Origin: Podarcis pityusensis | Lineage: Eukaryota | Reading direction: 5' to 3' (one strand) | Length of the DNA: 64,000 bases | Assembly: GCA_964106645.2 (NCBI GenBank) | Contig: OZ067042.1 | Shown: positions 1-10,619 of the stretch, piece by piece | How positions within the stretch are numbered: position 1 is the first letter of the stretch | How the letters are laid out: each line of letters begins with the position of its first letter | Made by a program: the position numbers and the translations under genes | The notes under the pieces: generated by a model | What the model was told of the DNA's origin: nothing | The model's database searches: none | What the model saw: only the letters and a program-made list of their open reading frames with translations

Positions 1-322
1 ACTGCTATGTTCAGGATGAATGAGATTGTGGAATTCTAGGAAACCATTTGCTCTGATTGAAACAATAAGTAGTAACAGCCCTTCTTTGTTTTCCAACCAG
101 TGCCAACCAAGAAAGTGTTGGGTGTTTTTTCAGTTGGAGTGGTGCGAAAATGTTTGAGAGACTATATTGTGTAAATACTTGGATTTACTTGTCTTGTGGA
201 TTAAATATGCCACTGGTTGAAAAAAAAATCCTTTCTTATTTGATTACCTTGCTGTACCTATGTTCTCAAAGTGTTTGCAGAGTGAATATATCTAGTGACT
301 TGACTTTATTTTAAAATGATAG

Positions 323-493
323 ATGGGCAGCTTCTGCCTTTCAGAGCCTGGTTCTGGCAGTGATGCGTTTTCCTTGAAGACTCGTGCTGAAAAGAAGGGG
401 GACTACTATATCATCAGTGGGTCAAAGATGTGGATTAGCTTTGCTGAGCATGCAGGAGTGTTTTTGGTGATGGCAAATGCCAACCCTTCCGCA
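323..493 (+). CDS. ACADSB: ACADSB coding exon (equivalent of human exon 5), [14 protein letters not shown]...MANANPSA
   Basis: AG acceptor 321-322, GTAAGT donor at 494; 171 nt; acyl-CoA dehydrogenase motifs [11 protein letters not shown] and GSKMWIS. Upstream exons lie outside the window. Confidence 0.96.
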
Positions 494-796
494 GTAAGTA
501 GCTAAAACAGTTATTGCTTGATTTTACTAAGGCATCGCATCAAGATTAATTACAAGGTATAAACTAGACTTGTACTTTGCTTATACTGGCAGTCTTCCTT
601 TTTCTTCCTGTATCCTCAACTTATGGAATTTCTTCTGTTGCTTTGGAAATTTGCTAAAAACAGCAGAAGAGCAGAGTTAGGAACCTTGATCTCTCTTTCT
701 CTCCCTTTGCCCCCCAATCCCTCCTGCCTGCCCTGGTGTTTTTCTTATCCTATTTGCATCTGAGAAGCCCTGTCTGGAGTATCCATACTAGTGAGT

Positions 797-1169
797 AAAA
801 AGGTAAAGGTGCGGGTGGCCCTGTGGTCTAAACCACAGCCTCTTGGGCTTGCCGATTAGAAGGTCAGTGGTTCAAATCCCCACAACAGGGTGAGCTTCCG
901 TTGCCCGGCCAACCTAGCAGTTCGAAAGCGCACCAGTGAAAGTAGATAAATAGGTACGGGAAGGTAAATGGTGTTTCTGTGTGCTCTGGTTTCTGTCACG
1001 GTGTTCCGTTGCACCAGAATCAGTTTAGTCATGCTGGCCACATGACCCGGAAAGCTGTCTGTGGACAAATGCCGGCTCTCTCGGCCAATAAAGCGAGATG
1101 AGCACCGCAACCCCATAGTCCCCTTTGCCTGTACTTAACTGTCCAGGGGTCCTTTACCTTTTTACCTTT
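797..1169 (+). mobile_element. Sauria SINE (Squam1/POM-type) with an inverted copy of its tail at the 5' end
   Basis: tRNA-like head with B-box GGTTCAAATCC, (ACCTTT)-type tail, 11-bp TSD TACTAGTGAGT at 786-796 and 1170-1180; similar to the copies at 38719 and 46631. Confidence 0.9.
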
Positions 1170-1203
1170 TACTAGTGAGTGACAAAGGACAAATCACATG
1201 TTA

Positions 1204-1361
1204 CAGTGGACCCTTGGGTTACGTTATCTTTGGGTAACGTAACATTCGGGTTGCGAGCGTGGCAAGCCAGGAAGCGCAGAAGCGGCTCCTCTACTTGCGG
1301 ATTTTTCGGGGTACGGATGGACCCCTGGAACGAATTGCACTCGTATACAGAGGGTCCACTA
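1204..1361. mobile_element. Tc1/mariner-type MITE
   Basis: TIR CAGTGGACCCT ... AGGGTCCACT(A), flanked by TA. Confidence 0.75.
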
Positions 1362-1919
1362 TATGCTTAATACATAGCATGCAATTACGTGTTAGTGCTC
1401 AAGCTCTTGGTATCTTGCATGGTTGCTACTTTATATGTGCGCCTGCTTAGGGGTTGCTGTAACAGAATTTTCCATTAATTGTTAGTAACTTACTTTTTGA
1501 AACATTCATCCTCTAGGAATTTCCAGGATGATATTTTTTATTCATTTTGGTATATTATTAGCTACCTTGATTTTCATTTTTGGGGGGGTGGGGAGAGGAA
1601 CAGCAGCATACACACATGAACTAAAATAAAAATCTGTTAGTTGAGAGCAACATGGAATTCAGAGGCATTAGAATGGGTGGCATTGTTGCATTGCAGAAAT
1701 GGCGCTTGAGGGCATTTCCAGGTGCAGGCGCTTTCAGCTGGTGGGCACACTGGATTCCACAAAACGCAGAGGAACAAATGGCAGACCAGGGATAAGATGG
1801 GATGGTAAAGGATGCAGTCAGACAAAGAAAGGTAGTTACACAGTTGTTGTACAGTTTTGCACTGTTCATTATTAGGCACTATATTGCACAACCAGCAATC
1901 CAGAACATTTATTTATATA

Positions 1920-2159
1920 CAGTGGTACCTTGGTACTAGAACTGTTTGGCTTCCGAACAAATCAGCTCCCGAACACTGCAAACCCAGAAGTAAGCGTTCT
2001 GGTTTGCGAACGTTTTTTGGATGCTGAACGTCTGACGCGGCTTCTGCTTGAGTGCAGGAAGTTCCTGCAGCCAATCAGAAACTGCCTTGTTTTTTGAACG
2101 GTTTTGAGAGTCGAACAGACTCCTGGAACGGATTACGTTTGACAACCAAGGTACCACTG
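1920..2159. mobile_element. Tc1/mariner-type MITE (CAGTGGTACC family)
   Basis: TIR CAGTGGTACCTTGGT ... ACCAAGGTACCACTG; TA on the 5' side. Confidence 0.85.
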
Positions 2160-2339
2160 CAGTCAATTTCACAGTTAAAAGTATTTACAATAAAAACAAA
2201 TCCATGTATAAAACTCAATCTGTAAATAGAAATAATTTCAGATCTAATACAGACACAGATTGGGATAAAGATCTTCACTTAAATGGCATATTGAAAAGGA
2301 AAGACTGGGCAGCCTTGACTGGAATCCAACCCCAAGCTA

Positions 2340-2698
2340 GGAGGGTGAATTCTGGTTTCTCGCAGCTTCTCATTTTTCCAGTATTAAGTTGGATTCTCCA
2401 CAGTTCTACATAAGTTTCCTAATCCTTTTTAAAAGGTACTCACAAACATGCGCTAGTATTTTATTTCATTACACCTTTTTTTGTATGGAACACCGCCTAA
2501 TATAATGAGTTTTGTGTTCTATTTTTTTTACTGATATATGCATTTTCATGCAATCTTAACCTTACATTACTTGGTTGGAAAACTGTCCTGCAAAAATCAG
2601 AGCAGTGCAGATTTCAAAGGATTGCTGCATTTTCAGAATGTGTGAATTAGGTATATCTGCTTTTAATGTGAACTGAATTGAATTTCTACCCCATCCTT
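2340..2698 (+). repeat. Unclassified interspersed repeat, with a related inverted copy at ~33850-34243
   Basis: The two loci share sequence in opposite orientation, visible as the same pseudo-translation NS.FSQLLIFPVLS in ORFs 2204+ and 34136-. Confidence 0.65.
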
Positions 2699-2740
2699 AT
2701 TATCAGCACAGTTAATTTTCCGTATGTCTTTCCTTCCTAG

Positions 2741-2866
2741 GGCTATAAAGGAATTACCTGTTTCATAGTAGACCGTAATACAGAGGGCCTACATGTAGGA
2801 AAGAAGGAGGATAAACTGGGAATCAGAGCCACATCTACATGTCCTGTAACATTTGAAAATGTGAAG
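2741..2866 (+). CDS. ACADSB: ACADSB exon 6 equivalent, [42 protein letters not shown]
   Basis: Polypyrimidine tract plus TAG acceptor ending 2740, GT donor at 2867; 126 nt, in frame with the neighbouring exons. Confidence 0.96.
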
Positions 2867-3375
2867 GTGCAGTAGTCATTTCAAAGCTGTGGAATTTGGC
2901 TAAGTTGTTGCAATACTGTAGCTCAGTACAAGCAGCTCAGTGGGATGCAGTTGCATAAATTAGCATGAGTTTGGAAGATGAATGGTGCAATACTCACAGG
3001 AGGTTGGCTTAAAAAAAAACATTTAGAAATATAGCAAATTTAGATTTGAATCACAGACGAACGCAATCTGTTGATTTATGATTGACCCAAATTTACAAAA
3101 TTTTTGTCAACCAAAAGCCATACAGTAGTTTGCTTTTTTATGTTCCTCATAACTGAATGTAAAATACACGTTTGGCTCTGCAGTTGTATGGAAGCAGCGT
3201 AGTGAGGTTGATGGTTTCAAAGTCGTATTGTGGTTTGTTGCTTTGTCTGTGTGCGTTTTTGTAAACCTCCTTGGGAAGCATTTATGTTCAAAAGGTCTAT
3301 ATTTTTTAAATAAATAAATGTGGAGATGGAAGTAAAGGGCTACTAGCAATTAATTGATTTTGCTTAATTCCTCAG

Positions 3376-3468
3376 GTTCCTGTGACCAACGTGCTTGGGC
3401 AGGTTGGGCAGGGCTATAAGTATGCCATTGGAATGCTCAATACGGGAAGAATAGGAATAGCTGCACAG
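3376..3468 (+). CDS. ACADSB: ACADSB exon 7 equivalent, [31 protein letters not shown]
   Basis: CAG acceptor ending 3375, GTAAGT donor at 3469; 93 nt. Confidence 0.96.
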
Positions 3469-3912
3469 GTAAGTATGGCTATAATTACTTAGGTCCAGTG
3501 CAGACGTAACGCAGAGTGTATACAGTTTTGACTGCCCCCCACCAGTCCTGATCTCAAAAAGGATGTTGCAGAATTGTAACAAAAGTCCTTTCAAGTGTCA
3601 TCAAGTTACAATTACCTGAATCAGGAGAGCCACCACTGTCCAGACACTGTGGCTGAAGGTGTGTATACTTAAAAACTATTACTCCCTCCCCCATTATATG
3701 ATTTGCAGCAGGGCTGGGCCCTTCAGAACGTGGCAGAGAACGTGGGGTCACACGCTTCCCCTTCACCCAGCTGTAATCATGTGAGGGTTTGAAAGACTGA
3801 ATATGGCTAAAGAGTCTTCCACAACTGTTGTTAAAGAGATTAGGAGCTGGCTGCTGGATTGCATAATTCCCTACCTACACGCTCCCAGTCTTTCCTTTCT
3901 CTTGGAGAAATA

Positions 3913-4130
3913 CAGTGGTACCTCAGGTTACAGACACTTCAGGTTACAGACTCTGCTAACCCAGAAATAGTACCTCGGGTTAAGAATTTTGCTTCAGGAT
4001 GAGAACAGAAATCACGCAGCGGCAGCAGCAGGAGGCCTCATTAGCTAAAGTGGTGCTTCAGGTTAAGAAGAGTTTCAGGCTAAGAACGGACCTCCAGAAC
4101 GAATTGAGTACGTAACCCGAGGTACCACTG
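3913..4130 (+). mobile_element. Tc1/mariner-type MITE (CAGTGGTACC family)
   Basis: TA-CAGTGGTACCTC ... GAGGTACCACTG-TA; closely similar to the 17724 and 53933 copies. Confidence 0.9.
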
Positions 4131-4987
4131 TAAAGTGCACCACATCACGGCTTAACATTCTTTAAGCACACAGGCTCGGACCCAACAATTATTGGGCATG
4201 CCCAATGGGATGCCTTTTTTTTCTTTGAACAAGAGGTTTCCATGTGATATCACAAGCTGCTTTTGAATAGCCCCTTGGGTTTCAGAAATGCTTTGTAATG
4301 AGGGCTGCTCTTCTATGTGTCCTTGGGCACATGGAAGTAGTTGTATAGTTCTTTGAATTTTAGCCACAGTGACTAGGTTTCAGTCTCCTTTTTTAGAAGC
4401 CTCCCTTCGCCACTCACACCAAGAGTATCTTAACGAAATACTATGTTCCAACATCTTGAAGTAAAGAGAGATGTCATGAGCAAAAACCCAGGTTCCCTTC
4501 CTCTCCCCGCCCCCATTAAAAACCTGGTTTTAATTTAGAATTTAATCAGCATATTATGAAAAAAAAGCCCACCCTGAGCTATTAAGTTTAGGAGAACAGT
4601 ATTAATAAGTAAGTAACCTTATCAAGGCATTACACATTAATGTTGTTAGATTATCACTTTCCATATTAAGCAGTGAAATGGACTGCTGGCGACTGACTAG
4701 GTATTATTATGCTGTGTGATGGGGCATTGAAAATTAAATGAATAAAATGTAAGTGATGGTGAGATGCTCTTAGAAATACCCGACTTCTAGCTTCTTTCAC
4801 TGCCTTTTGAATTCTGCATATAACTAAGTTTGCTGGGGGGGGGGGGGGGTTAGTCTTTTTGGAATACAAAATCTCTCCAATCACTCCTGGCAATTGTCAC
4901 AAAGCTTGTCTTGCCCTTTTAAAGAGGACTGTGACACTTTTCTAACCACATTAGTAACATTTGTTTTTTGTTGTTGTTCATTCACAG

Positions 4988-5077
4988 ATGTTGGGATTAG
5001 CACAAGGATGTTTTGACCACACCATCCCATATACAAAGGAAAGGTCCCAATTTGGAAAAAGCACATTTGATTTTCAG
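4988..5077 (+). CDS. ACADSB: ACADSB exon 8 equivalent, [30 protein letters not shown]
   Basis: CAG acceptor ending 4987, GT donor at 5078; 90 nt; R.QFG motif. Confidence 0.96.
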
Positions 5078-5718
5078 GTAGCGATGAGTGCATTCTGTAA
5101 AATGGGTCTAAAAACAAAAAGGAAAAAAGAAATGCTTATCACAGCTGCTATTTTGTAGGCCACAGTATTATAACTTCTTAACTGCTGCCACATTTTTTTT
5201 TAAGGATTACCTGTGAGTAAATATGAAGAAAACATTTTAAGTAGTAATACCTTTCTGACTATCTGTGTGGCAGAACTTTCTATAACTTGAGTGAGAACTC
5301 CTTCAGCTACGAATTTTTACACAATTCTACCGTGATGCAGTTATTTCTTGCATCGTGGTAGAATTGTTTAAAAGTTCATTTGTAATTTGTCATTCAAGCT
5401 ACAATTTGGTTAACCACTGTAATATTTGCATTATTATATTTCACTGTTGTTGCCATAGGATGTGTTTATAAAACGGTAATTATAGTAATGATTTCCCCTT
5501 GCTTTTTTGGTTGTTTTTGGCTTGGTCTTTTGGCACTTTAGACTTCATTTCTTACCTGGAAATGAATACAGTTCTATTTACACTTGAGTAAACAAACAAA
5601 TAATTGCTATATCAGTCACTCATAGGATCAGGAACTGAGCATTATATTTGGCAGCTGGGGAAGGGAGGATGATTTTCTCTTTCAAGTTTAGTTTTACATG
5701 GAACTTGTTTCTTTCAAG

Positions 5719-5856
5719 GGAATGCAACATCAGATTGCGCAAGTGGCTGTACAGATAGAAGCTGCAAGATTGTTAACCTACAATGCAGCTCGACTTGCAG
5801 AAAGCGGAAGACCATTCATAAAAGAGTCAAGCATGGCCAAGTATTATGCAGCAGAG
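5719..5856 (+). CDS. ACADSB: ACADSB exon 9 equivalent, [46 protein letters not shown]
   Basis: AAG acceptor ending 5718, GTAAGC donor at 5857; 138 nt. Confidence 0.95.
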
Positions 5857-6050
5857 GTAAGCTGTATTTGAGGTTCTTTTTTGCCTTTTCTTTTTAAATG
5901 AAACATAACTGAACTGTAGCTTTATATTATTACAGGTAGCTTATCATGAGACATCCTGAAGCAATTTGCAATAAAAGCATATATGGAACAATTCCTTATC
6001 AATACAATTAAAACATTTGCCTATATAAAACAACCATATACACAATTTAG

Positions 6051-6054
<4 letters not shown>

Positions 6055-6088
<34 letters not shown>
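6055..6088. repeat. (TA)n microsatellite
   Basis: Direct reading. Confidence 0.95.
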
Positions 6089-6090
<2 letters not shown>

Positions 6091-6358
6091 CTTGATTGTA
6101 ATGCAACCTCAAAGTGGCTTACTGAAAGAATGAAACAAGAAAATCACCCATTAAAAACAGCATTTTAAACATTTTAAAAATGATTAAAATCAGCAATAAG
6201 TCAAATACCGGATTAAAACATTCTACATGTCTGAATAGGCTTGACAAACAGAGTACAGTGAAGGCACCAACATGATATCAGTATTCTCACGGTGAGGATA
6301 GTTCAGTATTGATTTGAATTGAGCAAAAGTCACAGCATGCTTCATGTGTTTTTTGCAG

Positions 6359-6458
6359 GTTGCTACTCTAACAACAAGTAAATGTATTGAATGGATGGGC
6401 GGAGTTGGCTTCACAAAAGATTATCCTATTGAGAAATATTACAGGGATTGCAAGATCG
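6359..6458 (+). CDS. ACADSB: ACADSB exon 10 equivalent, [33 protein letters not shown](G)
   Basis: CAG acceptor ending 6358, GTAAGT donor at 6459; 100 nt, ends in phase 1; GG.G and RD motifs. Confidence 0.96.
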
Positions 6459-7564
6459 GTAAGTAGCAGTTTCTTAGAGATCATCTGCTGAAAATGAAAA
6501 CGTAGCATTTTTATCCAGTTTGTTTGAATGATCAGAAAGTTATCAACAAAGCGCATTTGCCATTCTCCATCTCCTGATATGGATATTGAGCGGCAAGTCT
6601 ATAAGAATCTGGAAGTCTGATTGTTTGTCAAGTTTTGATCTACAATCTTAGCCACACCAGGTTCCTAACCCTCTTCACTGTCCCAGCTACCTACAGGCAA
6701 ACTGATTAGATACCTTAGTTTGTTCGTTACCCAGAATGTAGATCTGATAGTCTCTTCGCATACAGCTGCATAGGCAAATCCATGCTACCTGCCCCACCAT
6801 GCGGCTATATTATTCTCTTCCAATCCTTAGCTGCTCAGAATTGCATGAGTGAAAAGCAGGCCCCATGCCTCTGGATGTGGAAGATATAGGGACTAATTTC
6901 TGTTAGGAAATGCATTGTTCTTTCTTCAACAAAATTATGACCAGCCCTATCTATGTTAGACTGTACAAATCTGTGTGGATATCACAGTCTCATCAGTCAC
7001 TGATCTGCAGCCTGCCATACTGGACTGTCTCCACTAAAATATGTACAAGAGGATATGAAAGCAATACCTACTTTACACATACAAGTTATAGGGTGGAATT
7101 GAACATTCGTGAGTAGACTTCTGCTTGCACAACAGGGCTTCTTATTCCTCCCTCCTGCAGCCTCCACGTGCCTCCCAAATCTGAATTGGAGGGACCCCCA
7201 GTCCCTCAGAGCAATTGTGTGGGTGGCTGCAGAAGAAGGGGAGAGGAAGCAAAAGTCCTGTTCTGCAAATGGAAGCACACGGTCACCTCTGGAGTCAATC
7301 CATAACTTTTGTGAGCTTGCCCTTGCATCTTCCTTTGTAATAAAACCACACCACATTCAAAGTTTCTACTAAATTGTTTAACATACTGCACTGATCACAA
7401 CAAAAAATACTCCAGCGGTAGAACTTGAGGCTGTATTATCAGACCTTTTTCACTCTGCATCTATTATATAGCTTTGCCTCATATCTAATGTTTACCATAG
7501 CATGCTTAAATCACTGTTTATATTATTGCTTCATTTATTCCCCCACCCTGATGGTTTGTTTCAG

Positions 7565-7635
7565 GTACCATATATGAAGGAACTTCAAATATCCAGCTGA
7601 ACACAATCGCAAAATGCATTGCTCAAGAATACTGA
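7565..7635 (+). CDS. ACADSB: ACADSB last coding exon, (G)TIYEGTSNIQLNTIAKCIAQEY*
   Basis: CAG acceptor ending 7564; completes the split Gly codon; catalytic Glu codon GAA 7576-7578; TGA stop 7633-7635. Confidence 0.96.
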
Positions 7636-8789
7636 AAATCAAGAGATTTAATTACCGCTGCAGTACTGGTGTGAATCACGGGCTACTTCTTCATGTCCAA
7701 TTTCTAAGACAAAATAAGAAAAATTGTGGTAATTTTAAATAGGTACAAGACTGCAGCATAAGTGACTAGACTGTTACACTTCAGTAATGTACCGTAATAA
7801 CTAATTTTCCCAACTATAATGATACAGGGCGTTAAAATCAACCTTCTTTTGTATCTACACGTTGGGGTTTGTAGAACGGATAACTTCAGTTGATTCTGGG
7901 CTATCAAGGCTTCTCTGCTTTACCATGTGGGCTCTTTGAACTTTTGCACCTGCTTATCAAGATCCATCACACAAATATATAAACTGTGGAAAAGAACTAA
8001 TTATCCAAGAAATCTCTGAAATTCTGTTCACACAAGTGTGATGGCCCTGATCACATGGGAGCTGTAATGAAGTTACACTAAAAGAATACCCTACAACCCA
8101 TACATGTCGGTGAACTACACAAGTATCAGTGGTCGGTGCTTGAAAACATGGCCTAAATAGGATAATAATGGACAAAATAACCCACCTCTTTGATTGATGG
8201 AGATGAAGATGGAGATTAAGGAACTAACTGATACAGGGCCTTTCCTATAGGATGGTTAAAAGTTAGTACTTCATGCTTTATCCTGAGCATCCTGTAAAAA
8301 TGCATGCAGGTCTCAGAGCCAGCAATAAGTAAGACATTTGCTTTTGAATAATCCTGTTAATTTTGGCTATTGCAATGAGTCCAGGAGTGTGTTCATTTCC
8401 ATGGCACTACTCTGTCATTAATACCATGAAGAGTATGGGCAGGAAGAATACTTAAAGGAATTTACCTAGAACTACTTCACTGGAACATAAAAAGGTAAGA
8501 TAAGATTCTGGTGTCTGTGGCACTACAGTATCATGAAAAATTGTGCAGGGTTGCAAGTGATTAAGTGAGAAAGCGGTGCTGGTTCCACTGAAGTCAGTGG
8601 GGTTTTTATCAGCTTCCTTTAAACCCCTTTGTCTTTGCTGGCTTTTAGACTGCAATTTTTAATTTTTGTGCCAAAGTCACATACATGTAAAGTGTGATCA
8701 CCTTGTTTCCACACCTCATTGGGTGAAACTGTTGCAGACAAGAGTACCCAAATAAGGTGATCTTGCATTCTTTTTATTTGTGCCGAATA

Positions 8790-9026
8790 CAGTGGTACCT
8801 CGGTTTAAGAACAGTCCGGTTTAAGAATGATTTGGTTTACAAACTCCACAGATCCAGAATGTCCCGGTTTGAGAACTTTACCTCGGTCTAAGAATGGAAT
8901 CCGAATGGTGGAAGGGCACTGGCGGCGGGAGGCCTCATTAGGGAAAGCGTGTTTCAGTTTAAGAACGGTTTCGGTTTAAGAACGGACTTCCAAAACGGAT
9001 TAAGTTTGTAAACCGAGGTACCACTG
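8790..9026. mobile_element. Tc1/mariner-type MITE inside the probable ACADSB 3'UTR
   Basis: TIR CAGTGGTACCTCGGTTTA ... TAAACCGAGGTACCACTG. Confidence 0.88.
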
Positions 9027-10613
9027 CACACACACACACGTTTCCTTCCATTCTATTAGTGGAAGAAAATGGCCATTGGAAAAGCACCCTTATAATAAAT
9101 ATTGCTGTTACTAATATTAGTTCATCCATCAGATTGGGTCGGGGGCAAGCATTTGGTTGTGTATGTGGGGAAGAAACATTGCTGGGTCCAAGCGGCAGAG
9201 CACAGCCTGAGCTGCAAAAATGCTAAGGCTAAATTGTAGATCATGCATGGGGACGTTAAGGCGAATGCATTTCCTTGTATGCTCAGATCTTGTGATAGCT
9301 GCTGGGTTTAATCGGAAGTAGTCCTGGAGCAGAATAAACAGTGTTCTGAAGTGAGCGAATGACTGGGGGAGGGAAGGGGAGGAAGCCTACTTTGTTGTTA
9401 GGTAATGCACACATTTTGGAAGAAGCACAACACATTAAAAGGCACCCTCCCAAAAAAAAGAAGAAACCAGAAATCCAGCAGGCACATGTTGAATTTCTTG
9501 TTGTTTCTGCCATCTTAGAAGAGGCATATCCTCTGTGTTACAGAAGATGTGATCTCTCTTCGATGATTCATATATTTCCCACCTTTCTTTTCTTATGGAA
9601 CCCAAGGTGGAGTCCATGTGGTTTCCAGGCCATCAGCCAAGCCCAGACCTACTTGGCTTCAACATGGTGGTGGCCTCATGTGCCTTCACTCCGCAGCCTG
9701 GGAGTGCCTGTATTATTTTTTAAATGAATGCTTGTATTAAAAAAATAATTGCAAAGATTTGCAAGTTTAATAGAGCCATCTTTTAAATTTATTAAAATGT
9801 TTCAGATGGAGTATTCTGATTGACAAAACATTGCAGCCCCAGTAATAAGTGGTAGCATTACTCTTTAAGCTGGCAGTAATTGGCTATAACATTTCTATGA
9901 CAAGGTCCCCACTGTGCCTTCAATCAATCTAGCTGTATTAAAAAATATGGAAAGCTTGTCTTTGTTACATTTGAGCTACCTTTGTGGGTTAAGAATAAGT
10001 ATAGCCACATAGTCCAGTTATACAATGTACAAAGCTGCTCATGAAAACTGTCCAGCTACTTGATTCAATATACTTTGCTATATACCTGTTACAGGACCTG
10101 CATTCGCCTCTTTCTTTTCTTGAGGGGCTCTGGGTCTTTTAACATCTGCATGTCAGTTAGAGATTCAGCAGGCACAACTTTCCTCATAACAACTCATGCC
10201 TGGGAAAGCTTTCTTTAAATTCTAGCTAGGAGGCAGCTTTTAAAAAGCAGAAATCCACTTTCAGCAGGGGGGGAATGTTACAACCCTAACTTTGAAATGG
10301 CTTTTGCATTAAGCATCTAGCATACAAGTTTTTATCACTTTGAACTGTGTGTTTATTATATCTGCTTTGGGCTGTATGCAGCTGATCGGAATCCGATTCC
10401 TTCTAAGCCAAACATTAAGGAAAATCCTTGGTGAGTATTTCAAGTTAAAGGTACAGTTTGTATAAAGAGCATCCAAGGTGAAGTATTTTTGTACGGCACG
10501 CTTACTGCGTGCATTGTTACAAATATTTTTGTATGTCTTCTACCATGATTGTACACCCCACAAAGTGGCTATAAAAGTGATTAAATGCAAATGCATCTAC
10601 TAAGTGAAAGTGG

Positions 10614-10619
10614 AATAAA
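10614..10619 (+). promoter_or_regulatory. Candidate polyadenylation signal of ACADSB
   Basis: AATAAA with upstream TGTA motifs and a downstream TTGTGGTTG element. Confidence 0.5.
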
